A stretch of 64,000 nt of DNA, from positions 1 through 64,000 of the forward strand of contig MU053653.1 of NCBI GenBank assembly GCA_013239625.1. The letters run 5' to 3'. This document shows positions 1 through 13,350 of this stretch, piece by piece. The notes under the pieces were generated by a model, which had not been told where the DNA came from, ran no database searches, and worked only from the letters and a program-made list of their open reading frames with translations. Source of the DNA: Lama guanicoe. Lineage: Eukaryota. Within the stretch, counting starts at the first letter, position 1, and the number at the start of each line of letters is the position of its first letter. Both the position numbers and the translations under genes were made by a program.

Positions 1-39
1 AAATAAATAAATAAATATTTTAAAAGTCTGTAATTATAC

Positions 40-840
40 AAATATAATAAATGCTGGAGAGACTGTGGAGAAAACGGAACCCTTCTACAACTGTTGGTGT
101 GAATGTAAACTGATGCAGCCACAATGGAAAACAGCATGGCAATTCCTAAAAAAACTAAAAATAGAGTTACCACATGATCCAGCAATCCCACTCCTGGGCA
201 CATATCTGGAAAAGGCAAAAACTCTAATTTGAAAATATACATGCACCCAATGTTAATAGCAGCACTATTTATAGTATCTAAGACATGGAAGCACCTAAAT
301 GTCCATCAACAGATAAATGGATAAAGACAATGTGACACACATACATACATAAACATATATATATATATATANNNNNNNNNNNNNNNNNTATATATATATA
401 TATGGATATTACTCAGCCACAAAAAAGAATGAAATAATGTCCTTTGCAGCAATATGGATGGACCTAGAGATTATCATACTAAGTGAAGTAAGTCAAAGAT
501 AAATATCATATGATATCACTTATCTGTGCAATCTAAAAAAGTGATACAAATGAACTTAGTTACAAAACAGAAACAGACGCACAGACACAGAAAACAAACT
601 ATGGTTACCAAAAGGGAAAAGGTGGAGGGATAAATTAGGAGTTTGAGATCAACAGATACACACTACTATATATAAAACGTATAAACAACAAGGACTGACT
701 GTAAAGCACAGGAAACTATATTCACTAACTTGTAATAATCTGAAAAAGAATATATATATAACTGAATCATTTTGCTGTACGGCTGAAATTAACACAACAT
801 TGTAAATAAAATACACTTCAATTTAAAAAGTCAAAAAAAA
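40..840 (+). mobile_element. LINE-1 3' end (cetartiodactyl-type), interrupted by (TA)n and a short N gap
   Basis: Typical L1 3' sequence (gatccagcaatcccactcctgggc; atggatggacctagagattatcatactaagtgaagtaag) ending in an A-rich tail. Confidence 0.85.
372..388. other. Assembly gap (17 N) inside (TA)n
   Basis: Run of n. Confidence 1.
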
Positions 841-844
841 AACA

Positions 845-1335
845 AGCCACAGAACAAGAGAAATTATCTAAAAATGATATATTTGATAAAGGATTAATAT
901 CCATAATGGATACAGAACTCCTACAACCCAGCAACAACAAAACAAATAATCCAATTCAAAAATGGGCAGAGGACTGGAATAGATATTTTTCCAGAAAAAA
1001 ATAAGCAAATGGTCAACTGAAAGGATATGGTCCACAATACCACTAGCTATTATGGAAATGCAAGTCAAATACAAAATCAGATACCACTTCACATCCTCAA
1101 AATGGCTGTATTTTAAAAAAGAGAATTAACAAGTGTTGGTAAGGATGTGGAGAAACTGGAACTCTTATGCACTGCTAGTGGGAATGTAACCTGTGTAGCC
1201 AACTTAGAAAACAGTTTGGTAGTTCTTAACAAGATAAACATAAAAGTACCCTGTGCCACTAAACTGTACATTTTTAAATGGTTACAAAAGTAAACTTCAT
1301 TATGCATATATACCACTGTTAAAAAATGTAATAAA
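845..1335 (+). mobile_element. Older LINE-1 (L1M-type) ORF2-end/3' fragment
   Basis: caattcaaaaatgggcagaggactggaatagatatttttcc...gaaatgcaagtcaaa...gataccacttcaca motifs. Confidence 0.7.
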
Positions 1336-2047
1336 AATGTATGCACATGACCTATCACTTAAAATTTTATAACTGAATATTAAACATGAGATACCAACAA
1401 CATTGAGGAATAAAGAATATGATTCATTCATTGTGTATTGAGCCTATGTTCTAGATATCCTAATTAGACTAAAAAAAAATAAAAAGAACCCAGATCCAAA
1501 GGGGCAAGTACCATTACCAAATATATTTCTTACTTTTATGAGCCTGCCTCTTGAAATACAAAAATGTGATTAAAGATTATTTAAGCTCTTATATATCAAA
1601 GTTTTAAAAAAGGATGGCTATATAACAGTATGGTGGTATTTGTTTAGAAATGAGTATTAGAAAGTATGTTATTATTTTCTGTGATGCAAATAAACACAAG
1701 AAAAAATGATGAGATTACGTACCAGAAAGAGTATGTTTGCATTTTCCCGAGTATGCTGAATTCTACAACGGGATTCAGAATTTGAAATCATTTATCTATG
1801 CTAACTGGTTTAAGAAAGAAATTATCTGAACAGCTTTGGATCAGAAGGCAAATAGCCAAAAAAAAACAAAAACAAAAAAAACGCTGCTCTTCATTTTGAA
1901 GCTGTAAACATCAGCCTATAGGGACCACCCATAACCTTCCAAACTAGTTTAAAAGTTACTCATTACTTTAATCTATGCAAAGGAATAAAATGACAAGTTA
2001 ATGTTAAAAGCTTCAGTTTCATTGAGTCTATATTTTTAACTTATTAC

Positions 2048-2148
2048 CTGGAATCAAGAGAAGTAAAAAGCTGATCAAACTGTTTCTCCAGAACTTCTAT
2101 AAGACTGACTGTTTCCTCTTTTGTTTGACTGTGTATGGGTTCGAGCAT
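2048..2148 (-). CDS. RNF17: RNF17 exon 6
   Basis: AG|...|GTAAT; MLEPIHSQTKEETVSLIEVLEKQFDQLFTSLDS(R); 101 nt. Confidence 0.92.
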
Positions 2149-2599
2149 CTGGGAAGAACATAATACAAAGATATAATTTGGTATTTCTATTTTGGAGGAA
2201 CTGTACTCTTTAACATAATTTTGAAAGTAAAAGATACTTTTTGGACTTTTCAAAATAATAACACAAGAGGAGATTAGATGATAAAAATGGACTAATTCAC
2301 AAGGTTAAACTTTAAATCCTGGTACTTGTTAGCAAGATCACATCTTTTTTGGCACTTTGTACTGATAAACTGGCAAAAAGGCCTAGAAAACCCACTAAGT
2401 TTTCTAAACTTCTTATCATTTCAATCAGTACAGAAAATGAATCGTTTTGGATAGCTGAATTTCTCTCTGGTAGGATTCCTTAAATTTATAAAACTTAAAA
2501 TGTAGTATTAAAAATATTTGAAATAAAGTGTTAACTATTTCACATACTTCTTCATATTTTCAAAGAATCACTGCTTGGTATCTGTGACCTTTTCTTCTT

Positions 2600-2945
2600 C
2601 CAATTTCTTTTTGGAATGGGAATATCTACCTATGCCTATCCAACCAGTGTATTTTAGGAGATAATTTATTAGTTTCACACATTCACAGTTGGAGAGGAAT
2701 TTTGCCCCAGCATGAGTCATTCTCTGAGTCTCACCTATACCTGATTTAGAAGATACTTGGATGAGATTTTGGAGCTAGAGTTGACGCTGAAATAGGTTAA
2801 GAATTTGGGGTATGTGAGATGGGATGAATGTATTTTGCATGTGAGAAGGATATGAATCTGGGAGGGCCAAAGGGCAGACTGCTATGGGTTGAATTCTGTA
2901 CCCCACTCCCCTTTCAGATTCACCTGTTGAAGTCTTAACTCCCGT
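2600..2945 (+). mobile_element. MaLR (MLT1A/MST-like) internal 3' end followed by the 5' part of the LTR (from about 2880)
   Basis: gggatgaatgtattttgcatgtgagaaggatatgaat...ggggcagac|tgctatgggttgaatt...ttcacctgttgaagtcttaac resembles the recalled MaLR int/LTR boundary. Confidence 0.65.
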
Positions 2946-3027
2946 ATCAGCTATAACCCTTTGAGTGCCTTGGCTGTGAATTTGCTGCTGCTGGGTGTAA
3001 GGAATTTGTTCCTTCTCAATAAAGAAG

Positions 3028-3207
<180 letters not shown>

Positions 3208-3569
3208 GTGACAGGGTTAAGGAGAAAAGAGCATAAGACTCTGTGTAACGATCTACAGCCAGATAACACGCAATGCTAGAAAGGTGATCTGCAATGCTTC
3301 CAAGACAAAACTCAGCTCACAGCAAGCGGAAATCACAGCTCCTTAACAGAGCTCCAATTTCAGCATGCTGCTAGCACAACAATGCTATGAGATTACTGCT
3401 AGCAGGCCATGAGAGGTGTCCATTCTTTTGTATATTTCTCTTATCATTTGATAATCATACTTAATAACTGAATGCTAAGCTCCAATTTCAGTGATATTAC
3501 ATCCAAATTACACAGTTAAAGAGAACATGCCTTAATTTATGATAGAATTTAATCATTCAAAATGCTTAC

Positions 3570-3650
3570 TTTTACAGCAATACTTAATTCTTCAAAATTC
3601 TGGCCTGCTATCTTCAATGCTTCATCAATTTCTTCCACAGTTTTAGTCTC
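3570..3650 (-). CDS. RNF17: RNF17 exon 5
   Basis: AG|...|GTAAG; ETKTVEEIDEALKIAGQNFEELSIAVK; 81 nt. Confidence 0.92.
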
Positions 3651-4547
3651 CTAAGAAAGGGAAGGGGAATATACAAACACAAAGTATAAACATAGATGCT
3701 TAGATACAACATAGCAGCTGCAAAAGCATCAAGCTACCATTGCGGTTACAGACCCACTACAGAAATCAGAAAAGAAGCAACAATTAACATTTTAGTTTTG
3801 GTGATAGCATCCCAAATTTCTTTTAGGTACCTTTTTGGAAAAAATGGAATTATGTCCTACAACCATTTTGCATCTTAAAACTACCTGAAAAATATATCAT
3901 GGCAATAAATATATATACATAAAAAGTAACAGTTCTTAAGAAAAAAAGATTATAATTTGGCTATGTTAAGATTTAAACAATGAAGGTGAAGACAGCGCTC
4001 TGTCTTCTCTCCCAGCCCACTAATGATCCCCTTAACAAAAAGATGTAATACTTCATTCAGCAGTATTTTGGAGTTTGTCCTGTTTCTAGCCTTAAATTAG
4101 AAGAATACATTATTTAAAGTGATATGGAGTAGTAACAGGTAAAACTCAATCTTCCAACAACAATTACACCATCCTTTCAGTCACCGTTAAAATACCTGGT
4201 AAATCACCCTTAGAATTTAGAAACTTGCACTTTATACAATCTCATAGAATGTGAATTCAATAACTAGGTTCAAAAGGAGGAAGCTACGTGCAGGTAAATA
4301 TCAAGAGCACTGACAGAGCTGGTCAAAGGCAGAATGGGCTAACTTGGGAGGAAAAGAGAATTGCTGAAAACAGTTCAGAACAAATCAAGAGATTCAAGCA
4401 AGGGAGTATAGGTTTACCTCTGTTACCTTCATGTTTTCAAAAGAATCTACAGTTATAGGAACCTTGAGAGAAGAGGAAAGTGAAGCTACCAGAGACAAAG
4501 TAAAAACGTCTGGCCACGTGTCACTTGATGAATAACATTCTTCATAC

Positions 4548-4659
4548 CTCCATTACAGCTGATGGGTTCAGAACAGTCCCACGTGTGAAGGCTGAATGTT
4601 CTAAACCAACAGTTAGCCGGTCAGCAGTCTTTTTAAAGTCCTGAGAACAGTTCTTTATT
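4548..4659 (-). CDS. RNF17: RNF17 exon 4
   Basis: AG|...|GTATG; (K)[37 protein letters not shown]; 112 nt. Confidence 0.92.
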
Positions 4660-4755
4660 CTGGAAAATGTCAAGTACATTTATTTTAAATACCAACATTA
4701 ATACAATGGTTTCAATCCTCTAGTCTGATTTTTACTCTCTCTCAAAAATAATTCA

Positions 4756-4890
4756 GGGGGAGGTTATAGCTCAGTGGTAGACTGTGTGCTTAGCATGTAC
4801 GAGATCCTGGGTTCAATCCCCAGTACCTCCATTAAACATAAATAAATAAATAAACCTAACTACCTCCCCACTCAAAAAAACTAAAAAAAT
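4756..4890 (+). mobile_element. tRNA-derived SINE, camelid Vic-1 type
   Basis: GGGGAGGTTATAGCTCAGTGGTAGA (A box)...GGTTCAATCCCCAGTACCTCCA (B box), then (AATA)n and AAACCTAACTACCTCCCC tail. Confidence 0.8.
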
Positions 4891-7569
4891 AAATCATACC
4901 ATGACTTCTAAGAACACTTAACAGTGGGCTCTCAATTATCTATGGTAAGTAAAGACAGGGAAACCATGACTAAATATGCTTTCATATAAAACTTAATTTT
5001 AAGCAAGAATTCAATTTCTTAACAAATTCCTAAAAATAATAGCTTACAGTATAAATTGTGCTTGAATTTCCTAACCATCTCTCCTTCTCTGATATTTTTT
5101 GGTAGACATGTTGATAATCCTTTAACTGTCTCAAGCTCAATTATTTATATACACAAATGCCAGCTATTAAAAAATGTACTTATAGGCCTAGATAATGTAT
5201 ATAAAGGTAATGAATTTACCAGATAAGTTAGTTTCAAAGAAAAAGTAAGCTACATTTCTTGAGTACAGATGCTAGAGTTTTTGCCTATTTTTATCTTTAT
5301 ATCCCTATGTTAGCTAGCACACAATAAGCACTCAGTGTTTGTTGAATAAGTAAATCAGGAGCCTATGACACTTCATGGAAGAAACTATTATTAAATATGT
5401 TACTCTCATAGAGAGAAATAATAGACTAGATAATTTTTAAACATTCTATTACTTAAAAAGTGAACATTCATGTTCTTAAAAACATATGTGAATGCTTTGG
5501 CCATAAGGAGTCCATTATTCAATTCCTGTTTCAAAATATTAAAAGACAAATCAGGAAGGAAACACATCATGTATCAAAAGATACTTCTATTTTAAAATAT
5601 ATAACCATTTAAACCAAATTCTACTGAAATTAGGAAATAGAGGAGTTTCTAACATAAGTATATTTGACATGGAGAACTAATTTTAAAATGGTAATTCAGA
5701 AAAAAACTGGGGTACCTAAAACAGATTCATCTACTTCTGAAAATGAAATTTCACTTTGCAACCATATTCAATATTATATAGATCTAGACAAAAGTACAAT
5801 CAAATTTGATTTGGACGATGTATAACAAGAAAGATTCATACAGAAGCCCACATTTATATTTTCTCTTGGGAAAAAAAAGGATAATCTCGCAACACTGGGA
5901 TGGTCTTAACACAAAGCAGTAATTGGCTGGAGCTGAGTACAGGCTACCTCCTTTGGAGTGGGTAAACCTTCTGTCTGCTACAATCCTTAACGCTCATTTA
6001 ATGTCAGTCTGTCTCACCCAGTAAGTCATCTGCTAGATTCCTGTAGGTGTTCAAATTTGTTATGGCCACTGACTCACAGGAAGCCAAAAAGATTCCTGAA
6101 GTGATTACTCTATTCACTCAGAGCCTATGGAGGAAGTGACCGGTGGAATGCAAATACAGCAGTTGGGAGCAGTACTGGTATTCCATGAGCCTGAGTTTCA
6201 CCTCTGGTTCTGTCAATAACCAACTGCTGGACTTTAGCTAAGTGGTTATGCTACCCAAAGGAAAAACTGTTCTGTTGGTTTCTATGCATGCATATAAATC
6301 TGGACAGAGAAGCTACAGCAATAACATGAAAAGTCATGACAGTTAGTCTAAAGGATTTTGGATTTTACCTGGATAGGTAATGAAAACCATAGAGCAGGAA
6401 AGGGTCTGAAGTCCTAAGGAGGTAGCCAAAAGAGACTAAAAGAATCAAACAGGGTGTAGAAATGGAAGATAAATTATAAATATGGGTGATATTGTGGAAA
6501 TAGAATCTTCAGGAGGTAAGATGGATGAGATATGAGGAACTGGGTGATCTATAGATGTTTGGGCCAATAACAAAATTGAAAAGTTTCCAATGAGACTGTT
6601 CCTTGAGGGAACCCTATATTTATTTTATTTCTCATATAACTTACTTCCATATTAAATATGATTTAAGAAGTTAAAAGTTATACAAAAATATAATTACCAT
6701 CTGAGTAGCGTCTTGGTAAATTAATAAGAAGATTCTTTGACCCTTAAAAAGTTGCAAAGTCAAACTTCACCATTTTTTAAATCATGATTCATTCCACAGT
6801 CAACCCTAAATGTACATTCGCCTAGGATCAAAAAATGATTTTCAGAAAAACTACAGCAAATGTCAAAATATCACGGTTCTTCGTCTAACATTTATAAAAT
6901 GTTTACTCTGTGTCCAGCACCAGGGATGTAGAAAACAATAAAATATGGCCCTTGCCATTAAAGGGGCTTGTAGACTAGAAGAAGATGACAAATATAAATA
7001 AGTGCAATTAAAAAAAACACAGGTGCTCATCTCCAGCTGGAATATGTTAAAAAAAAACTTTGCATACTATTTCAAGAAGAGAATTTATTAATACATATAC
7101 ATGTAAAATCTTACACAAGAATGGAAAAATGAATAAAATAATCTCAAAGTTATCACTTTCTATAAATCACCTCTCAAACCACTTCTTTTCAAAATCCTGC
7201 ATTGTATTGTACTCATACTACTGTTGGGAATCAATAGAAATGTATGTTATTATTTTTTTCCTCCATTATCTTCTCACTCAGCACACTAGTTTTTGCTGAA
7301 GTCTATTCTCAGCTTCTCTTACTCTGATGTGGCAATCTTGCATTCTTTTCTTTCCCTACTTTAAATAAGAACAAACTAATGCTGCTTCTTTAGGAGTTGG
7401 AGTCTCCATTTCATTTACAGCTAAGATAAATTACAAACCTAAAGAGCAATGTATAAACAATGGGTTACAAACACTAATCTAAGAATGACATTTTATCAAT
7501 AATTCTAAAATAACTCTTCGAGAAATATGTTAAACTTCAAACACTAAAATAAGTGCACACAGAACATAC

Positions 7570-7661
7570 TTTTTTGGCTGCAGTTTTTCCATAAAAGACT
7601 CTTCTTTAATATATCCATCTATTGGGCAGTATCCTTGTTTTGTATTTATAGTTGTAGCAAC
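7570..7661 (-). CDS. RNF17: RNF17 exon 3
   Basis: AG|...|GTATG; VATTINTKQGYCPIDGYIKEESFMEKLQPK; 92 nt. Confidence 0.92.
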
Positions 7662-8283
7662 CTTAGGATAAAAGATGAAAGTAAGAAACCAGAAAGTCAC
7701 TCAATAAATTCTGTTTATCCAGAATTCAAAAAACTAGTGTGTCATCCATAGATAAAGTTGAAAATAGCTCTAAAGATCCTGAAATCCTCTTTAAATCAAA
7801 GAAAAAGCAACATTTACATGTTTTTATCCTACTTAATTTTTTTAAAAAAATCATTTAATTGGCAATTAATTAAGCAGAACATCAACTATACTTCACTCTG
7901 CTACATTTCTAAAGGAAATACTTAGAACAATACTTTTAAAATTCACTGTAAAATTTTTACAATGCTATTTTAAGGTACGTACAAAACTCTAAAATACTTG
8001 GGAATAACTATAGTAAGAAAAATACAAGCTCTAAGAAAAGAAAACAAAAAACTTTATTGGCAGTCATAAACAAGAACTGAATAAATGGAGAATTAGGTTA
8101 GGGTCTTGAAGACAAAGATTTAAAACCCTAAAACACAACTGATATAAAATTAATACAATTCTGAAGTTCGTATGAAAACATAATGAGCAAGAATATAAAA
8201 TTTTTAATATAACATTCAGTGGAGATTTATCCCACCAGAAAATAAAGCTACTGTAATTAAAACACTAAGGTAGTGGCACAATA

Positions 8284-8461
8284 CAAGTCAACCCTTGAAC
8301 AACGCAGGGCTTAATGTGCATGTAATTTACAGCTGGCCCTCTACATGTGCGGTGCTTCTGCATCCACGGATTCAACCAACAGCAAACCATGTAGTACTGT
8401 AGTATTTATCTACATAAGCGGACTTACACAGCTCAAACCTGCACTGACCAAGGGACAACTG
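8284..8461 (+). mobile_element. Tigger2-derived MITE (MER8/MER28-like) inserted in an old L1
   Basis: Imperfect TIRs caagtcaacccttg...caagggacaactg flanked by TA; internal tctgcatccacggattcaaccaac. Confidence 0.7.
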
Positions 8462-9284
8462 TAAATGAATAGAACAGAGCCCTGAAACAGATCCACAAAT
8501 ATATGGGAACTTCATATAGACTATAAGGGGCATTTCAATTAAATAGAGGAAAGATTGATTATTCAATAAATCATGTGGGAAAGTCAGCTAATTATTCTGA
8601 AGAAGAAAGTCACATACTCACATCATATAAAATATAAAGGGATTTAATACTTACTTTTAAAAAAAATAAGTATTGAAAAAAAAGTACTGTAACTCTGAGA
8701 TGGAAAATCTGCCTAATCAAAGAAAACCTAGAAGCCACTAAGGAGGAGGAAAAACAATTCAAGAAGGAAACATTTCTGAATGGTAAAATGTAATAAACAA
8801 AATTAAAAGTGAAAAATTGGGAGAAAACATTTAAAATACACAGGACAAAGTGTTAATATCTCTATCACATGAAATAGTCTGACAAGCTAGAAAAAGACAA
8901 TTCAAAAGAAAAGTATGGAAAGGACCAAAAAGGATCCGTTAAAAATCCTCCCAGAAGAGGAGCTAAGAAGTCAACATATGAAAAATTGCTCAATTTCACT
9001 AGTAGTCAGGGAATTTCAATTTAAAACAAGGAGATACCCACTTTTTGTCCATTAAATGGTCAAACATTAAAAAAAATGGACAAACTCAAACACGGATATT
9101 TTTTAGACCTGGAAACTAACAGAATCTGCAGATAAGATTTTTTTGGTGGGAGTGGGTTTCAAGAATTGTGCAAAGATATGGTGAAAAATTTTGAAAACCA
9201 CCTAAATGTTTTATCATAAAGAGATTAGTTAAGAATTACAGCTCTTATGTACCATAGTTTATTATATAGTCTTTGAAAGTACTG

Positions 9285-9700
9285 CAGCAACATGGATGGA
9301 CCTGGAGATTGTCATTCTAAGTGAAGTAAGCCAGAAAGAGAAAGAAAAATACCATATGATATCACTTATATGTGGAAACTAAAAAAAAGACAAATGAACT
9401 TAATAACAAAACAGAAACAGACTCACAGACATAGAAAACAAACTTATTGTTACCAGAGGGGAAAGGGGGTGGGGGGAAGGGATAAATTGGGAGTTTGAAA
9501 TTTGCAGATACTAACTACTATATACAAAACAGATAAACAACAAGGTTCTACTGCATAGCACAGGGAACTACATTCAATATCTTGTAGTAACCTATAATGA
9601 AAAAGTATGAAAATGAATAAATGTATGTATATGTATGACTGAACTATTATGGAGAGATTGACACAACATTGTAAACTGATTATACTTCAATTAAAAAAAA
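9285..9700 (+). mobile_element. 5'-truncated LINE-1 3' end
   Basis: gcagcaacatggatggacctggagattgtcattctaagtgaagtaagccag...poly-A; degenerate flanking repeat aaagtactgcag/aaagtaatgtag. Confidence 0.85.
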
Positions 9701-10548
9701 GTAATGTAGGAGACTCTCATGAGAATAGGTTAATGCTGCTAAGAAAAATAAAGCAGACTACTAAATGCGATAGTCTCTCATTTAAATATATACCTCTGGT
9801 GGGAAAGAGGATGTTCTGGGAAGGTTTTAAGTATAAGGTACCAAAGATAGTTATGTATTATTAGGTTATCAGGGTAAAAGTGTTACTTTAGGAAAATCAC
9901 AATGGAGCAATTGTTATTTTTAAGAGTGTCCCCTCAGAACTGAGGACTAAAACTTATATTTCTATCTGCCTCTTCATTTATGCCCTTTTGGCCTGGCATT
10001 TCATAGTAAGAGCTTAATGTTACTATCAACAGATTTGATACAGGACATTTCTTCCAGAAAATTTAAGAAATTATTAAATACAACTGATTTAAAATATTTC
10101 AGTTAAAACTGTGTAAAGATTCTTAACTTCTAACATTTTTTTTTCACTCTAGCATCTCTACGAATGTAAATTTGATGACACACAAAGGTTGAGGGGCAGG
10201 GCAAAGTTCAAAATTTGCTTGCATGGTATTGGTGTGGAAAATGCAGGTACAAATCTGAAAGGAATATTACTTCATTAAGATAAAAATAAATAGAGGCAAT
10301 ATTCCACAAAAATGTCCAAAAAAGTCAAAATATATAGGCTAAGTGTATAAACTTAACCTTGCATTCCCTTTGATCACTTTGAACAATCATAAAGTGGATA
10401 TGAACAGCTTATCTTTTGCTAGGTTCCTTAGACTCAGGAGCAAAAATGCAAGTTTTTAGTTCCTAACTAAAAGTATGTCTTATTTCTCCAATATTTTCAC
10501 CTTTAACATTAGGTTGTAATGCATTCAATATGAAAGACTAAAACTTAC

Positions 10549-10643
10549 CTCACAATCAGGGCATATAATTGTGCTGTATTCTTCAGTTACTAACAAGCAC
10601 CGTTCACAAAAAGCATGTCCACACTGAAGTTCATGATGGTGAC
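10549..10643 (-). CDS. RNF17: RNF17 exon 2 (RING finger core)
   Basis: AG|...|GTAAG; (G)[31 protein letters not shown]; 95 nt. Confidence 0.95.
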
Positions 10644-11309
10644 CTACAGATGAAATTTTATTGTGAATTAAACTTTGCACAATTTGTTAATGTTGAATGT
10701 TCAGTATAATCAGACGGAAAGTTAAAGGGGATTCTCTTGTATAGGAAAAGATATGTAGTTTAGTTGGAAATGGATGACTTATTAAACGAAATTCAGGAGA
10801 AACAAAACAGGTCAGAAGGAGGGAGAAAAATGAGAAGAAAAACCAGGCAGAGCTATGTAATATTGTTTGCATTCATTTAGATGGTTATTTAGCACCTATA
10901 CTTCTTCAAATTTGACATCTCTTATAATCATATAAAGTGCTCTCACATACTTCATTTGATCATTGTAAATTGCATGGCTAAGAAGGCTGGGAATATTTTA
11001 TTCAACCTAGGGATGGGTAAACATTTTAGTGATCTGGGGTAAATGGTATAATCTAGACTCCAATCTAGTTCTGTTTCCAAGTCTAATGTTCTTTCTACTT
11101 GATCATACTGCCCTCTGCTAATTTGTATTTCCCAACCTGTGATGGGACAGAGAGGGCCAATTTGAGACACTGGCAAGACCATTCTCTTCATGATCTAAGA
11201 CACTGGCAAGGACAGAAGTCAGATGCCACTAATGTCACACACACATGACTCATATAAAGATCATCTTCACAAACTTAGCATTTATGAAGGGAAATACCAT
11301 AATCTTATC

Positions 11310-11490
11310 TTTGGAGTAGGGAGGGAATTAGTGTTTAATGGGTAGCATTTCAGTTTTGCAAGATGAAAAAGTTCTAGAGATCTATTATACAACAATGTGA
11401 ATATACTTAACACTACTGAACTGTTCTTTTAAAAATGGTTCAGATGGTACATTTAATGGTATTTTTTTTTAAAACCACAATAAAAAAGAA
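11310..11490 (+). mobile_element. Old L1 (L1MA/L1MB-like) 3' terminal fragment
   Basis: tttcagttttgcaagatgaaaaagttctagagatc...acaacaatgtgaatatacttaacactactgaactg...aataaaaaa. Confidence 0.7.
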
Positions 11491-12779
11491 ACCAGAGAGG
11501 GACTCCCCGACCACACTGAGAACTGGAATGCCAATGGCTCTATTGCCCGTGCCACAATCAGGATGTTGCAAATGATGTTGCGGCCAATTCCAGAACCCTA
11601 ACCCCTGTGCCATGTTCACACCAGCAAGGTGGTCTTGAGTCTTGCCTCTCCTCTGTATGATACCGTAATTTTGATTGAAAAACCTAGTATCAAGATGTTA
11701 ATAATCTAAGTAGAATTTGGAGTTTATCATAATAAGCATTCATTATAGCTATGTCACTTTCACAGGTTGTCGTTTTAAAAGACTTTGCAAGAAAAAAAGG
11801 GAAAAAGAAACTAGATAAAATTAGTCACCATTCACTATAAAATTAGTGTTCTTGCTAATTTATGTTATAATAATTGCATTCTTTTGATTAAAAAAAGCTT
11901 TAGTTTTAAAGCCAACTGAAACATCTGAAGCTAGCTCACAATCAAGCTAAATTTTAAAGCTCGTTTAAATTCCAGAGATAATGTTACTAAAGAAATCAAA
12001 ACTATTTCAATTGTTTTCTTTTATAAGGTTTCTGGCATTGTACAAAGCAAAATAACTTGTGCTGCATTACAGCTTACAGCAGTTTCACAACTTTGTATGC
12101 ACAGGCACTATCTTTCCAATTGAGAACTTCTCAGCATTATAATAAAAATGTATGGAAGAAGCAGTGATTTTAAAATGCCATGTTCTAAAACTTTTCTTTG
12201 TAATACTATCTCATTCGAATAATGGCGATTTTCTATGCAACAGCAGTGATCGAAATTTGGGGTAGGGGAAATTTGGCTCCCCACCGAAAACACAGCTAAC
12301 CAACTTTTCCCACTCGCTCATGTCTCCCAAATGGAGTCCGTCTTGGAGGGACTGAGAAAACTGACTTTCCCTTCGAAAGTGCAAAGATTTAACAGGTACA
12401 CAGCGTAATAAGGCTTTCAGCAGCTCCAGGAGTTGAAATTCAACAACTCGCCCCTGGCAGAGACACAGCGCCGTACCGCCTTTCCGGTTACATTAAGTAA
12501 CTTGAACCTGTTCCACCTGAGGGGAGTCTTGAGGGAGCGAATCAAGGGCGCTCGTTCCCTTGCCGCACAAGGTCAGAACGCAAGACGCACAGAAGTGAGG
12601 TGCTGTCTGCCAAACCGAGCCGCGTGCCCCGGCCCATCCCCAACGTCCGTTGTGTAATTTTAGAAAAATTTCACAGTGGTCTATTCGTTACTACAACAAA
12701 AACTACCCAAGGAAGCCATGTTCCGTTGCTTCACCACAGGATGACGGCTAGGGCCTCACAGCTCCCCTCTCACCGACCT

Positions 12780-13350
12780 GCGAACCGGCCGGTGAGGAAG
12801 GGGCGGCGCACGGGGAGGCTGGGGGTGAGGAGAGCCGCCCTCGCCCGTCTCAGCGCGTCCCAGCCTCGCTCGCCTCGCGGCCCGCGGGCTGCGGGCCCGG
12901 CCTCGACCCGCGCACGCCTCGCCGCCGCGGCCACCCCGCCCCGCCCCGCCCCCGCGCGGGCCGCGGGCTGACCCTCAGGCCCTCACCCGAAGCTCCGGGC
13001 GCCCTTCCTCCACACCGGGCGCACAGGGCCTCCCTCGTGGCCTGGGCTCGGGCTTGCCTCTCCACCTGCCCGCAGGAAGTCGGGCCGCGCCGAGCCCTCA
13101 ACGCCTCAGCCGCCATCGCCGCCTCCTCAGGCTCGGAGGGCGCCCGCCGCGTGCGGGCCGACGTCCCTCGCGGCAGTGGCCAATCACCGGAGGCGGCGGC
13201 TCCAGAGAGCCAATCAGGGGCAAGGAAATTGAAGCCCCCCACCCGGCCAGCGGGGCACGCGGGCTGTTTCTGTTTTGCAGCCGTCGGAGAAACGGTGCGC
13301 GAGGTGATCAAAAACCGTTTCCCCGTCCGATCTTAGTCTGAGCGTCACCG
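12780..13350 (-). promoter_or_regulatory. CpG island / RNF17 promoter with two CCAAT boxes (13180, 13210)
   Basis: Dense CpG and GC-rich sequence spanning exon 1 in an AT-rich background; GCCAATC twice, 30 bp apart. Confidence 0.85.
12987..13116 (-). CDS. RNF17: RNF17 coding exon 1
   Basis: ATG at 13116; MAAEALRARRGPTSCGQVERQARAQATREALCARCGGRAPGAS; donor G|GTGAG; 130 nt; inside CpG island. Confidence 0.9.

Noticed and set aside
4756..4830. Possible tRNA gene
   Set aside because: A and B boxes are present but it continues into a SINE body and A-rich tail; treated as a tRNA-derived SINE
7300..7425. Possible extra RNF17 exon (AG followed by a short open frame on the minus strand)
   Set aside because: Hits a stop quickly; exons 3 and 4 already join in frame and match the known protein
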